Shown here one piece after another: positions 24,120-35,600 of a stretch of 64,000 nt of DNA. The notes under the pieces were generated by a model. The model was given only the letters and a program-made list of their open reading frames with translations, was not told the DNA's origin and ran no database searches. The translations under genes were made by a program, and so were the position numbers. The stretch's first letter is position 1, and each line of letters opens with the position of its first letter. Location: NCBI GenBank assembly GCA_000165345.1, contig CM000434.1, forward strand, positions 800,001-864,000. Reading direction: 5' to 3'.

Positions 24120-24440
24120 TTAATTTCGAATTTGTTTCCCCTCACCAAGTTGACGATAAATTATTATAAATATTAATATTTGATTTTTTTATTAGTTTCG
24201 TTTAAATAATGTATTGTTTAATTTGAAAATGAATATATATTTAAATATATGTTTATTTATGTATATATTTATTATATGACATTAATTATATAATATATAT
24301 AATTTAAATATATATATATAATTAATGTATAAATATTACTATGTATATATTATTATATTAATATAAATTAATATTTATATAAAATATTATATATCTAATA
24401 TATACATATATATATTTAAATTATATTATTCCGTATATTG
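24120..24440. repeat. Extreme AT tract (about 95% A+T) with (TA)n and ATATTA repeats, about 320 bp
   Basis: Low-complexity TA-rich DNA lies upstream of the exportin-like gene and 3' of the TM-WD gene. Confidence 0.7.
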
Positions 24441-24879
24441 TACTTAATTAAATAAGGCTTCATATAACAAATTACCAGTGTTAAATCATATGTTATCAAA
24501 TAAACTTGTTTCTTTTTAATCTATTAGATGTTGGTTTCATATTAAATTTCCAATCTTTGTCTGCAATATTTAGCTCTTTTAGCTCTTGTCTTTTTATGAT
24601 TAATTAAGATGAAAAATAATTCAGAGTTCTCTACTTCTTTGCCTCCAAACTTGTAAATTCCTAGAAAAAAATCAAAAACTTCCAGGCAAATGCACTGAAA
24701 AGGATTTTTTTTCCTTAATAAAATTCTCAAATTATTGGAAGTTTCGCCGGTATAGGAAATTTTTGAAATTGCATGCATGTGGCATCATATGCAATGGTTG
24801 ATTTATCTGCTGAACTCATTAAAAAAAAAAAAAAAGAAAAATGAAAATGGGGTTGAAATTTCCAAATTTTTTAAATTAT

Positions 24880-26769
24880 TCACTGTAAATAGTGAAATAA
24901 AGGATATGTTTTAATTGTTGCTTGTAATGAATCAACACTTTGAATAATTTGGGAATTCTCTCCATGTAATCTATCAGAATTCTGCCACTTAACAGATAAC
25001 ATAGTTCCAGAAACAAGATGGTTAGATTCATTGATTGTTTGCATACTTATTTGTAAAGGAATTCCAAAATCTTGAATAACTCCAATCAACATAAGTTTAC
25101 TAGGAGTGTTAGCTGACATTAAATAACAATATAACCAGACCATATTTGATTCTTTATAGACTATTGCAACTCTTTGGAAAGTTGTACAAAAATTCAAAAT
25201 CGTTTTTTCACGATTTCTTGAATGAATTGGTAATTCTCTTAATCTGATTCCATTAGAAATCTGAGATTCAGAAACTGAAGAAACATTGATTGTTTTTGAT
25301 TTTTTAATTTCTTTTAATTCTTGATTAGTCAGCAAAGTCTCATAAATACTTTGATCATCTGCAAATAAAAAGCTTGATGAATCTTTATCAAGAAGATTAT
25401 CGACACACTCCACTTTTGGAATAAATGTTTTTGATCTTAATCCAAATTTATGACAAATTTGTATATTTTCCCAAGTAAATGTATCATATATTCTAAAATA
25501 TCCGCCCTCCCAAATTGTTCCAATTAATGAAAATATTCCTGAAACAGCAATGGAAACACAATCATGTGCTAAAGTAGGTCCTCTTGCAACAACATAGCCA
25601 TTATTAATAAACTTTTCAGAGTTTATATAATAACCCAATTTTTTTGAATCACTTGTAACAAAATAAGTGTAATTAAATTCTCTAATTGATGATCCATCTC
25701 CAATATATAACGATGATCCATCTTTTGACCATGAAATACTATTTAATTTAAAAAGATCAACAGAGTATATATAATTCCATTTTCCATTTAAATTTAAATT
25801 ATCACTTAATGATCTTAATCCTCCTCCATTAATTGGGTTTAATTGATTGATTCCTGTATTCCCATTACTTAATATAGAAGGTCTGTATTCCCATATTGAT
25901 ACATTATTTGAATAACCAATAGCTATAATATTTCCTATTGGCCTGATTGCAACAAACCGAATTCTTTTATTATTCTTTTCTGATTGAGATAAATTACATA
26001 TTATTCTATGTTCCCTTGTACTAGTACGTAATCCTTTGCATGTTCTAATAGTACTTTCTGATGGTCTTGAGTAAATACTTATCCCACATTTAGTATTATT
26101 AAAGCCATTAATAGGATGAACTATATTTAATGTACGAGGTATCCATGTAATTCCTTCTTCCTTTACCAACTTTTCTCTATAATCCTCATCTTTATTATCA
26201 AATTCCTTCTTTGGAGTAAGTTCAATACCCCAAATAAAGTAGAATATTATAGATATTATATATCTAATAGGCTCCAATATATATTTCCAATAATATGGAT
26301 ATATATATGCAATACTTGGAGTTTCTGATACTATATTTAACTCTGGGCCAGATAGCTCTGATTTATAAACAGAGTTAGGAATAACAATTCCTGTAATATC
26401 ATGTAGCATGGACAAAAATGATATATAAATAAAAAGAATAATTCTTCCAATTTTACCCCAATTATTGAAAAATACTGTATTGTCATCTTTTTCTTGTGTA
26501 CCTAAAAAACTTGTTCTAGTAACATTTTCTTGAATTTCTGCAATTTTTGAGTTTTGATTTGGATTTAGTTGAACATTCCATAGATGCTGCTCTGCAAATA
26601 CTTTTTCATTTCCAGATAATGGAACACCTCCTAAATCATTTGCAGACACAATTCTATATTCAGTTTCTAATATGGATTCTGTAACGATAGATTTACGTTC
26701 ACTCTCTAAATCTGAATTTTCAGGTCTAATATAACTGCTTGAGCACCAAATAACTTCTGAGCTCTCCAT
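24880..26769 (-). CDS. Membrane protein with N-terminal TM helices and a C-terminal WD40/beta-propeller-like region, 629 aa
   Basis: The ATG at 26769 was verified. Hydrophobic helices include IGRIILFIYISFLSMLHDITGIVIP and YIISIIFYFIWGIEL. A WD-like region follows (SWSKDGSSLYIGDGSSIREF..., AHDCVSIAVSGIFSLIGTIWEGGYFRIYD). Confidence 0.5.
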   Translation of the reverse strand: MESSEVIWCSSSYIRPENSDLESERKSIVTESILETEYRIVSANDLGGVPLSGNEKVFAEQHLWNVQLNPNQNSKIAEIQENVTRTSFLGTQEKDDNTVFFNNWGKIGRIILFIYISFLSMLHDITGIVIPNSVYKSELSGPELNIVSETPSIAYIYPYYWKYILEPIRYIISIIFYFIWGIELTPKKEFDNKDEDYREKLVKEEGITWIPRTLNIVHPINGFNNTKCGISIYSRPSESTIRTCKGLRTSTREHRIICNLSQSEKNNKRIRFVAIRPIGNIIAIGYSNNVSIWEYRPSILSNGNTGINQLNPINGGGLRSLSDNLNLNGKWNYIYSVDLFKLNSISWSKDGSSLYIGDGSSIREFNYTYFVTSDSKKLGYYINSEKFINNGYVVARGPTLAHDCVSIAVSGIFSLIGTIWEGGYFRIYDTFTWENIQICHKFGLRSKTFIPKVECVDNLLDKDSSSFLFADDQSIYETLLTNQELKEIKKSKTINVSSVSESQISNGIRLRELPIHSRNREKTILNFCTTFQRVAIVYKESNMVWLYCYLMSANTPSKLMLIGVIQDFGIPLQISMQTINESNHLVSGTMLSVKWQNSDRLHGENSQIIQSVDSLQATIKTYPLFHYLQ

Positions 26770-27259
26770 CTTGATTAATTAATATATCCAATTTTAACTT
26801 TTGAAACCCAAATATTACTTTATTAATTATAAATGAAAAATGTTTTGAAGTTAACTTGAAAACAACAACACGCTGCAATATGTGAACAGTGCGTATTTCC
26901 AATTCTTTAAAACAATAATTATAATTTTGGGGCTTCTTTAAATTGAATTTATCCGTATTTATTACAAATTTATTTATCAATTTTTGGGCAAATTCTGGTA
27001 ATTAGTAGCTTTTTACATTAGAGTTGCGGGAGACTGCTTTTTTTCAATTAAATATTTTTAATTAAAAATAATATAAACGGCATTGTAAATAGAGAACGAA
27101 GAAGAAGATATAATAAAAAGGTTTCAGTTGATATTATAATATTACCAACAATAGCAGTATTTTGATATTTCAGCATTTATATTGCCCATTATTAATAAAC
27201 AAATAATCCATAATCTTTAAGTATTTAATTTTCAATTATATTCAAGCTTTAGTATTATT

Positions 27260-28171
27260 ATGGTAGTTTTTGACTCTTTTCCTCCTTTAACTCCAATTTC
27301 AGAAAATAAGAGCTTAGTAAAAAATTGCGATTCTTCAACTTTAAAAAAAGAGAATCCAGGAAATTTTAACATAATATCTGAAAATAAGGTATTGATTCGT
27401 AATGATGATAGACAATTTGAAGAATTGAGGCCAATTACAATTCGTACTGGAGTTATTGAAAATGCAGATGGTTCAGCCTATTTTTCAATAGGAAATACAA
27501 AGGTTTTATGCGGGATTTATGGACCAAACTTGTGCAAGCAAAACCCAATCGAAGATGGTTTATCAGTTTCAGTAGAATATACCATTGGAAGCTTTTGTAG
27601 AGATTCAGCTTTAGCAAAAAGCAAAGTGAATACTGAAAATATTGAGATAAAATCTGATGAAAAAATTAAATCAATTCTTCTTGAAAAAGTTATAAGCTCA
27701 GTTATATGCCATGAAAAGTATAAAAGAAGCAGTATTGACTGCTACTTTTACATTATAGACGATGATGGATCAGCATTTTCTGCAGCAATTTCAGCTGCTT
27801 GCCTATCTCTCTGCAATGCAAAAATTGAGATTATTGGACTCTTTTCAGCAACAAATATTATTGCTGTAAACTCAAATTCTTTATTTAATCATGATGGAAA
27901 AAAACAAACTGAAGATGAATACTCTATGATTTTGGATCCAACTTATAATGAAATTTCATACCTTGGAGCAAGCAATTATTCTACTCTTGAGATAGGTCTT
28001 TGTACAATTAGAAACCAAGTTGTATATTTATCAGCAAATGGTGACTTTTTTAAAGACCCAAAAAGAATTGAAGAAGGGTTTTCCCTTGCAGAAGCTTCCT
28101 GTAGTGCAATTGTTGATGAAATTAAAGACCACTTAACTTCAGAATTCAATACCAATTTCAATGAATCCTAA
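27260..28171 (+). CDS. Exosome complex RNase PH-like subunit (Rrp46/Mtr3 family)
   Basis: The ATG at 27260 was verified. RPITIRTGVIENADGSAYFSIGNTKVLCGIYGP is the RNase PH domain-1 signature of exosome ring subunits. Confidence 0.7.
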   Translation: MVVFDSFPPLTPISENKSLVKNCDSSTLKKENPGNFNIISENKVLIRNDDRQFEELRPITIRTGVIENADGSAYFSIGNTKVLCGIYGPNLCKQNPIEDGLSVSVEYTIGSFCRDSALAKSKVNTENIEIKSDEKIKSILLEKVISSVICHEKYKRSSIDCYFYIIDDDGSAFSAAISAACLSLCNAKIEIIGLFSATNIIAVNSNSLFNHDGKKQTEDEYSMILDPTYNEISYLGASNYSTLEIGLCTIRNQVVYLSANGDFFKDPKRIEEGFSLAEASCSAIVDEIKDHLTSEFNTNFNES

Positions 28172-28280
28172 TTTTCCTTAGTTTTTATAGCTTAAATTAT
28201 CATGAATTATCTTTCGTATATTATTAACTTAATATTTTTATTATTGCTGTTATTATTTTAAATTTAACACGTAATTAATA

Positions 28281-28350
28281 ATTACATGTGGATGACCGGT
28301 ATATGCAAGTAAAAATAAAAATTGCATGCAAAAAACGGTATGTGGAAATA
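28281..28350. promoter_or_regulatory. Composite module CATGTGGAT-GACCGGTATATGCAAG ... TTGCATGCA ... CGGTATGTGGAA upstream of Kae1
   Basis: Contains CCACATG (rc), CCGGTATATGCAA, TGCATGCA and a second (C)GGTATGTGGAA. It lies about 420-480 bp 5' of ATG 28767. Confidence 0.5.
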
Positions 28351-28766
28351 TGAATGCATTGTAAATATGAGTAAAAATTAAAGTTACGTGTATTATTAAT
28401 TTAATTTTTTGAATATATTTAAAAAATCCTGATGATTGCGATTTTTTTTTGCTTTAAATTAATAGAACAAGTTAAAAGCAGGAATATCAAGTGAGTACAA
28501 AACAAAGTTTATATTTAGTTAAAATGAAAATCATAAATGGTAAAATCCAAAATTACAAAAACATTTTTTTCTCCGTAAAAATTAAAATAATAACATCAAT
28601 TTAATGATATGAAAAATCTTGTCAAATAAAAGTAAAAATGACATTAACCATATATAAAATATTACCGCTAAAAAAGCTTAATTAAAAGTTAATGCTATTT
28701 TTATGTTTTGAATTAAATAAAGATTAAAGATTTGAAAAGATTTCTCAAAATTGAAATATCAAATTC

Positions 28767-29887
28767 ATGGAGGGATCTAATAATGAAGTTCTAATTTCCC
28801 TTGGGATTGAGTCAAGCGCAAACAAGGTAGGAGTCGGAATAGTAACATCTAAAGGAGAAATCTTGGCAAATGAAAAAATGACATTTGTGGGACCACCTGT
28901 AAGTTTGAATGAAAATAATATTGAATAATCCTTATCTTTAACTTTAATTACTTTAATCAATTTTAGGGCTCTGGATTTTTACCCAGAGAAACTGCAGAAT
29001 TTCATAGAAATAATATATTGCATTTGGTTAAACAGGCTTTAGAAAAATCCGGAATAAATAAGAATTCAATAACAATTATTTCATTTACACAAGGACCAGG
29101 AATGGGTGCACCTTTAGCGGTTGGAGCTCTAGTTGCAAGAATGTTGAGCATGCTTTGGTCAAAACCTTTAATCGGAGTAAATCATTGCGTTGCTCACATA
29201 GAAATGGGAAGACTCGTAACTAAAGTTGAAAATCCTATAGTACTATATGCGTCAGGAGGAAACACTCAAATAATAGGTTATGCCAACAAAAGATACAAAA
29301 TTTTAGGTGAAACTTTGGATATTGCAATCGGGAACTGCATTGATAGATTTGCTAGAGTTATGAAACTTGACAATTATCCTGCAGCAGGATACCATATTGA
29401 ACAAATGGCAAAAAAAGGAAAGAATTTAATTTCACTTCCTTATGTTGTTAAAGGCATGGATTTATCATTTTCCGGAATTCTAACTTTTGGAGAAGAACTA
29501 ATAGCAGAGAAACAAAAAGAATTTAATAATGATGAACAAAAATTACAATCTTTTTATCAAGATTTCTGCTTTTCTTTGCAAGAGACCCTTTTTGCAATGT
29601 TAATTGAAGTTACAGAAAGAGCAATCAGTCTATTAAACTCAGATTCAATCTTACTAGTCGGAGGTGTTGGATGCAATTTAAGGTTGATTGAAATGATGGA
29701 ACAAATGGCAAAGGATAGAGGAGCTATTGTATGTAGCATGGATGATAGTTATTGCATTGATAACGGAGCAATGATTGCTCATACAGGATTATTAGCATAC
29801 CAAAAAAATTTCATCACAAAAGTGGAAGAGTCTGCAGTATCTCAAAGATTTAGAACTGATCAAGTTGAGATATTATGGAGAGAGTGA
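28767..29887 (+). CDS. KAE1: tRNA N6-adenosine threonylcarbamoyltransferase Kae1/OSGEP. Two exons: join(28767..28898,28967..29887), with a 68-nt intron.
   Basis: Exon 1 reads ATG(28767)-MEGSNNEVLISLGIESSANKVGVGIVTSKGEILANEKMTFVGPP in phase 0. The donor is GTAAGT at 28899-28904 and the acceptor is TTTTAG at 28961-28966. Exon 2 continues GSGFLPRETAEFHRNNILHLVKQALEK into the TTG-started ORF-track entry. Kae1 motifs are present (GPGMGAPLAVGALVARMLS, VNHCVAHIEMGR, YASGGNTQII). Confidence 0.85.
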
Positions 29888-29904
29888 TTTTACTATATTT
29901 ACAA

Positions 29905-29917
29905 GGTGGCGCCAATT
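29905..29917. promoter_or_regulatory. E2F-like GGTGGCGCCAATT in the 140-bp Kae1-Pus10 spacer
   Basis: 18 bp after the Kae1 stop and about 115 bp 5' of the Pus10 ATG. Confidence 0.45.
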
Positions 29918-30027
29918 GTCAATTTTGATACATTAATTATTAATAGCGGATTTAAAAACACAAAATTCAAATGGAATAACAATAATGCAACATTCATTTA
30001 GTTTTTATTTGATTAAGGTCTATAGAA

Positions 30028-31647
30028 ATGAACAATTTATGTTGGAGATGCGAAATTAGAAAGACTTCATTCAATGTTGAAAGCTTTAAATTTGGTTCTG
30101 AACAAGCAATTTTAGCAAACTTATCATCAACTAATAACAAAGAAAAATGTCACAGCTGTAGAGATTTATTACTAATTGATAATAGATCAAAGTATTGTAT
30201 TTTGAAGATTCCAAATGAAGTTAAAAAAGTAAGGCGTAAACAATCTAATAAGTTTATGGCAGTTCAAAACACACAATCAGGAATAATTAACACTTATATT
30301 ATATATAAACAAGATGATATAAATGATGAGTTAAAACATCAATCAATTAAAGGGTACTTGGGTACAGTTTTTAATAATGCTTTAACTGCAGCAGTATCTA
30401 ATGACACTGGATTGAAAGTTAAAGAAGCAGGAATTTCCATTGAATTTACTCCAGAATTAAGGCTTAATTCTGATCAAGAGATGTGCTTTAGTTTAAAAAA
30501 TTGTCTAAGAAACTTATTATTAAGTCAAATAACTTCTGATGAAGGTATGAATACAAATTTGGATATTTCTCAGAATCAAATTCATACTTTAAAACTTAAC
30601 CAAAATAGTGAATTATATATCAACTTTGTTTTTTCAACAAAAATTCCAACGCATTTAGAACATGCTAATGGCTTTATGTTTTCTATGGTTGTTTCTTATA
30701 CATGGAATAATGTATACTTATTGGGCCGTTACATCAAATTTTCCAGAAGAATATCCCAATCAAAATGGGGATTTTCAGATGGCGATAAAAACAAAATAAC
30801 TGTTGATACCTCTATCGAGGAGATTCTTATTAATTCTTTGAAAGAATTAATAAATTTTGAGAAATTCACATTTTCTTCATCAGGTAGAGAAGATGTTGAT
30901 GTGAGAATGCTTGGAAATTATGCTAATACACTTTTTGACCGTGATCTTAATTTAAATGAAGACCGAAATTATGATCAGAGCAGAAATAATTGTCTCTCAA
31001 CAGAAGTCAAGATTAAACAATCAATAACTCCAGCTGGAAGGCCTTTTGCTATAGAAATTGGTAATATTTTAACCCATCATTATTTATTTTATCCAAAAAA
31101 CATTCAGGTTATGGACTTGAAAGAAAATTCCAAGTATTTTTCTAGAGAAAATTTCATACAACTACTTAAAGATACTATAATACAGAAATCTAATTCAAGA
31201 ATTGAAATATCAGCTTTAAATTTCTCAGATTCTTATTCGGTTCAAAAAATGAATAAGGAAGTTAATGATAGGCAAAAATCATACCGTTGTATTTGCTATA
31301 TATCTACTCCTATTTATATCCATGAATATCATGAAATTTCAGAGAAACTCAAATTTCCTATTACCCTTAATCAAAGAACTCCTGTTCGCGTTTTACATCG
31401 AAGGCCAAATATAAATAGAGATCGTAAAATATATGATCTCATGATTTCTCCAATTAATGATAACTACTTTATTTTGGACTTATTAGCACAAGCTGGTACA
31501 TATATCAAAGAGTTTGTAAATGGAGATCTTGGTAGAACTTCACCAAGTTTGGGAGACTTGATTCAAGAATCCTTACCTGGGAAATGTAATAACGAAGAAA
31601 AGCTAAATGTAATAATTGTTCAATTGGATGTATTGAATATTTATTAA
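30028..31647 (+). CDS. PUS10: tRNA pseudouridine synthase Pus10
   Basis: The ATG at 30028 was verified. The N-terminus has a CxxC...CxxC zinc ribbon (CWRCEI...CHSCRD). TYIKEFVNGDLGRTSPSLGDL matches the Pus10 catalytic-domain motif (TYIKEFVHGDFGRT). RRISQSKWGF resembles the Pus10 RRxSQSPW segment. Confidence 0.7.
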   Translation: MNNLCWRCEIRKTSFNVESFKFGSEQAILANLSSTNNKEKCHSCRDLLLIDNRSKYCILKIPNEVKKVRRKQSNKFMAVQNTQSGIINTYIIYKQDDINDELKHQSIKGYLGTVFNNALTAAVSNDTGLKVKEAGISIEFTPELRLNSDQEMCFSLKNCLRNLLLSQITSDEGMNTNLDISQNQIHTLKLNQNSELYINFVFSTKIPTHLEHANGFMFSMVVSYTWNNVYLLGRYIKFSRRISQSKWGFSDGDKNKITVDTSIEEILINSLKELINFEKFTFSSSGREDVDVRMLGNYANTLFDRDLNLNEDRNYDQSRNNCLSTEVKIKQSITPAGRPFAIEIGNILTHHYLFYPKNIQVMDLKENSKYFSRENFIQLLKDTIIQKSNSRIEISALNFSDSYSVQKMNKEVNDRQKSYRCICYISTPIYIHEYHEISEKLKFPITLNQRTPVRVLHRRPNINRDRKIYDLMISPINDNYFILDLLAQAGTYIKEFVNGDLGRTSPSLGDLIQESLPGKCNNEEKLNVIIVQLDVLNIY

Positions 31648-32144
31648 TAATAGCATCCATTAATTATTCATCATCATATTAAAGTTATTTTAAATAAAAC
31701 GATTAACTTCAAATCTATCAATTATTGAACAAAGATTTCAATCTGAAATCTTCTAAATTAGTTCTTAATTGATTATTATTATCATTATTATTATTATTAT
31801 ATAAATAGTCTATTTTAATTATTTTACTACTTATTCTCAGTAATTGTATTTTACTGAGAGTCCACAGAATTTACTGCATTTTTTTTTTAATTACATTAAT
31901 ACAATATAACCAAGTCAATTAAGCTATGCACTATTCCTAATTGCAAGGAAGAAAATTATTAAGCTTACTTAATTGATGTTTTGTATGAATTGTCTATGAA
32001 TTCATAAATTTACGGAGAATTATATTGTCCAAAAAAGTGGAATATGAAGAACTACAGCAAAGGAAAATTTGATTTGGAAGTTTTATCAGGAAAAAAACAC
32101 TGAGGGGGATGGCTTTCCCGAAAATAAATAGGCGCCATAAAGAC

Positions 32145-32153
32145 AAAAAAAAA
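32145..32153 (-). terminator. Pol III oligo(T) terminator for tRNA-Gln
   Basis: A9 on the plus strand is T9 on the minus strand, 10 nt 3' of the tRNA acceptor end. Confidence 0.6.
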
Positions 32154-32163
32154 GTGGAAATAC

Positions 32164-32234
32164 AGGAGCTACTGGGAATCGAACCCAGGCTACCGGAATC
32201 AAAATCCGGGGTCCTACCGCTAGACTATAGCTCC
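32164..32234 (-). tRNA. tRNA-Gln (anticodon UUG)
   Basis: Reverse complement: GGAGCTATAGTCTAGCGGTAGGACCCCGGATTTTGATTCCGGTAGCCTGGGTTCGATTCCCAGTAGCTCC. It folds as a cloverleaf with a 7-bp acceptor stem GGAGCTA/TAGCTCC, D-stem GTCT/GGAC, anticodon stem CCGGA/TCCGG and loop TTTTGAT (anticodon TTG). The T-arm is CTGGG-TTCGATT-CCCAG (GGTTCGATTCC box B). A T9 run lies 10 nt downstream on the same strand. Confidence 0.85.
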
Positions 32235-32487
32235 TTACGCCGCTATGGTGATTTTATAAAGAGTTAATCTATACAAATCAAAATATTAAGCTTAATAAAA
32301 CTCAGATAAATTTTTGTTCAAGAAGGAAATTAACAAGGCATTCTATTTAAAGATTAATAAATAGATTATTCAATTAAATATTTTGGAAAATAAACGAAGT
32401 TTAAAAAAATTTTTGATGAACTATTATGGAAGAAAATGATCAATGTTAAGTTTTGAGAGATAAAAGTATTAAGAAATAAATAAATAT

Positions 32488-35220
32488 TTAGTAGTTACTA
32501 TATAAAAGTGGGTTAGATACAGTCTTTGCATTAATTGGAGTGAATCTGAACCAAAAAGGCATCCAAGGAGTAATTCCAAAAGAAGAAGAATCTAGTATTA
32601 ATACATCAGCATGCGTCCTGACTTGTGTATGTGTGGGATTATAAAGAGGATTTACAAGCTCTTTGTGGAATATTATAGAGGAATTTAGAGAAAGAAGGGA
32701 TTCAACTTGGCCATTATCCAGATTACCTTTAGAATTATTCTTAATAGAATACATTATTGTATCCCATAAAGAAACCGTCGAATTTCTAGAATCTATACAA
32801 AATCTCTCATACTCATTATCACAATGAAAATTCCCAAATAAACTATTATTTAAGTGATCAGCAATAATAATTAATAGGTTTGGATGAAATTGGAATTCTG
32901 TTGGAAACTGATTATAGCATTGGTAAACACAATCTAACCATTGGATAAATATTGGAGATCTTTCTGACTCGTTTTCTAAACAAGATTCTTTGCCAGGAGT
33001 ACCAGATCTGGAATGAAATTTGTGACCAGAAAGTATGAATTCTTTTTCTATAAGTGAAAGAAATCCCTGAATTGTTCTGTAATAAGGGTCCATACAAAGC
33101 ATTGCAAGTGCTGTTAGTTGTGAAGTTCTATCCCATCCATCACTACAATGTACCAAAACTCCTTTTTCCCTAATCAAATGATCAACAATCTTATTTGATG
33201 ATGCAAGGATCATACTAATTAAGTCATACCAGCCTGTTGAATCTATTTCTGAAATCAACTTTAATCCCGTTAAATTCTCTGAATTATTCATTCTATTCAA
33301 AGAAGCAAGTACTGATTGAGCTTGAACAGAACTGATATCTCCTTGGTTAAGTAAATTCATCACTTTCTCAAAATTAGCATTACCAACACTCAAATCTTGA
33401 TTTGATGAAGTTTTTTGAATTACTGAAACCAACTTATTCCAAGAATCACGAACCTTATGGATATTTTCAATATTCAAAAACTCTAATTTACAATTGGTAT
33501 AATGATCAATATTCTCAAATCCAGCTCCTGTTGCTTTATTAGCAAATGCATTCAATTTTGGTCTAGCATCCAGTATTGCAAAAGGTCTTTCTTCTTTTGG
33601 GTCTCCATTATTTTTGTAAAAGCTGGAAATGGTTGTTATCATCATCTCGTCCTCAATACATCTTTTAAACGCAGATTTTGGCTGACTAGACCTCCATAGA
33701 GTGCACTTTAAATCTGGGTTTGTCCAGCTTAAAATTGGTATTCTTCCCTTTGATCTAAATGCTGCTACTTTAATTAGTTGTGAATCGGATATGTTTTCAG
33801 GAACCACAATTATTCTTGGGTATGAAGAACAAAGCTCGAAGTTTTGATTCACATTTGTGAATCTTAAAGGAAATCTTGAAGTATTTTCATTAATTAAACC
33901 TGATGATATTGGAACTCCTTGTCTATTATATTCTTTCAAAATATCAAACTCAAAAATCCCATTAATTGAAGAAAATAATGGTAAACTCTCAAAATTCTCC
34001 CTAAAAGTATACGAAAACAAGTTTTTATGCAAAGTCTCGTTCAGAATATTTTGAATACTATTTTGAATTAGCTTTTTGTCTTGCTCAGAGCTTACTATTA
34101 GAATTTGGATCGATCTCAAATCTTTGGTTGAAATATCCAATGTGTAAGTACAACTTTTGGAATTCATATTTATTTGGCCATTCTGCCCAATTCCTGAACC
34201 TCCAATTGTTGTACCTAATGACCCTACTAGATTCAAGTTATTTCCAATATATTGTCCTGGAATTGTATGGTTATTACTGCCTTCTGTGTTTACTCCATTA
34301 TTATCATTACCAGAAATCAAAGAGCTAACCCCAATCTGAGTTATTGAATGAATTGGAATATGAAGAAAGCCTGATTTGTACATCCAAGATACTGAAAATC
34401 TTTTTACTATTGTCAATGCTTTATTGTTAATATTCTTTTGGAAAAGAGGAGCAAGAATTATTCTAAAGTTTGTCATAATGAAGGATCCAAAAATAGGACC
34501 TACCAGACCTTGAGCAGAAATTCCACACTCTTTACTAAATAACAACAACTTTTCACCAGGAAGAAGTATAATACTCATATTTTTAGTTATATTCTCCGCA
34601 TCAGCCTCACAAATTTCCAGACTTGTATTTGATATTGGACCTTTATTATTATGAATCTTGGAAAGGATCTCTGACCATCTGGATAGATCCTGAGCCTTTT
34701 GATTATTGCTATTACTCACTATCATATTCGAAGTGGTTTCTCTTAATGCATTCTGTATTTGAGAACTAATATTCTGCGTTACTGTGTTTGCTAAAGAAGA
34801 AAATAAACCTGAAACACTTGTGGATGTTCTTAAATTTGAACTGGATTTATTAATATTTGTTGTGGGGTTACTGATATTACTTCGGCTCTCTGGTACTATT
34901 GTTGGAGAAGCTAGCATAGGCTTAACTTCAACTGATCTTCCTTGTGTGCTTGGAAATGGATCAAATAATGAAAGATCTTCTAAAGTTTTATTCAACGGCT
35001 TTTTATCCATATCAAAGTTCTGATATTGTGAATTTAAGTTATTATTATCTCTACCTTCAAAACAATCATTCAAGGATGAAACCTGCTTGTATATTGAAAG
35101 AGGATCATTACCAGCTTCTAATGACTGAAGATTTATTTCTTCACTCCCCTTATACACTGAGTTATATAATCTATCAGTGGAGTCATTTTCAGTACTAATA
35201 CTTCCTAATTCCCCATTCAT
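32488..35220 (-). CDS. Myotubularin-family phosphoinositide 3-phosphatase. The ORF-track start at 35259 is TTG; the first ATG is 35220.
   Basis: The catalytic P-loop VHCSDGWDRTSQLTALAMLCMDPYYRT is the CX5R motif CSDGWDR, diagnostic for myotubularins. The SID motif region is present. The N-terminal GRAM/PH-like region carries poly-N insertions. Confidence 0.8.
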   Translation of the reverse strand: MNGELGSISTENDSTDRLYNSVYKGSEEINLQSLEAGNDPLSIYKQVSSLNDCFEGRDNNNLNSQYQNFDMDKKPLNKTLEDLSLFDPFPSTQGRSVEVKPMLASPTIVPESRSNISNPTTNINKSSSNLRTSTSVSGLFSSLANTVTQNISSQIQNALRETTSNMIVSNSNNQKAQDLSRWSEILSKIHNNKGPISNTSLEICEADAENITKNMSIILLPGEKLLLFSKECGISAQGLVGPIFGSFIMTNFRIILAPLFQKNINNKALTIVKRFSVSWMYKSGFLHIPIHSITQIGVSSLISGNDNNGVNTEGSNNHTIPGQYIGNNLNLVGSLGTTIGGSGIGQNGQINMNSKSCTYTLDISTKDLRSIQILIVSSEQDKKLIQNSIQNILNETLHKNLFSYTFRENFESLPLFSSINGIFEFDILKEYNRQGVPISSGLINENTSRFPLRFTNVNQNFELCSSYPRIIVVPENISDSQLIKVAAFRSKGRIPILSWTNPDLKCTLWRSSQPKSAFKRCIEDEMMITTISSFYKNNGDPKEERPFAILDARPKLNAFANKATGAGFENIDHYTNCKLEFLNIENIHKVRDSWNKLVSVIQKTSSNQDLSVGNANFEKVMNLLNQGDISSVQAQSVLASLNRMNNSENLTGLKLISEIDSTGWYDLISMILASSNKIVDHLIREKGVLVHCSDGWDRTSQLTALAMLCMDPYYRTIQGFLSLIEKEFILSGHKFHSRSGTPGKESCLENESERSPIFIQWLDCVYQCYNQFPTEFQFHPNLLIIIADHLNNSLFGNFHCDNEYERFCIDSRNSTVSLWDTIMYSIKNNSKGNLDNGQVESLLSLNSSIIFHKELVNPLYNPTHTQVRTHADVLILDSSSFGITPWMPFWFRFTPINAKTVSNPLLYSNY

Positions 35221-35498
35221 ATTGTATGAATTATTTAGAATTATAAATACCAATATCAATTACTTATTACAATAAGAAGCAACAAAAAGATTTCAAGATT
35301 TGGTGGATTCTTCTTTATCCTAAATTAGATTACTTTTCCACTCTTCTTATATCATTCAAGTCACCCTGAACCTCATCAAACAATATATTCAATTTCCCTA
35401 ACTCTTTAAATCATTCAGCAAATTCTTTAATCCGCACTTCATCTATTATTGAAAGTTATACTTTATATGTTAATACAAGAATATTATTAATTAACCAT

Positions 35499-35600
35499 AT
35501 TGGCGCCATAACTCCCCTTAGAAATTGAGAATATTTTTATTATAGGGGGAAAAATGGCAAAGTAAAAAAAAAAAAAAAAGTTATATACCGGTAATGACGT
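35499..35600. promoter_or_regulatory. Bidirectional promoter elements: E2F-like ATTGGCGCCATAAC plus ACCGGTAATGACGTG
   Basis: It lies between myotubularin (ATG 35220, -) and Derlin (ATG 35676, +). Confidence 0.45.

Noticed and set aside
24542-24778. A 78-aa minus-strand ORF in the AT-rich spacer
   Set aside because: No start context or homology. It spans the CCGGTATAGG / GCATGCATGTGG motif block and is probably regulatory DNA.
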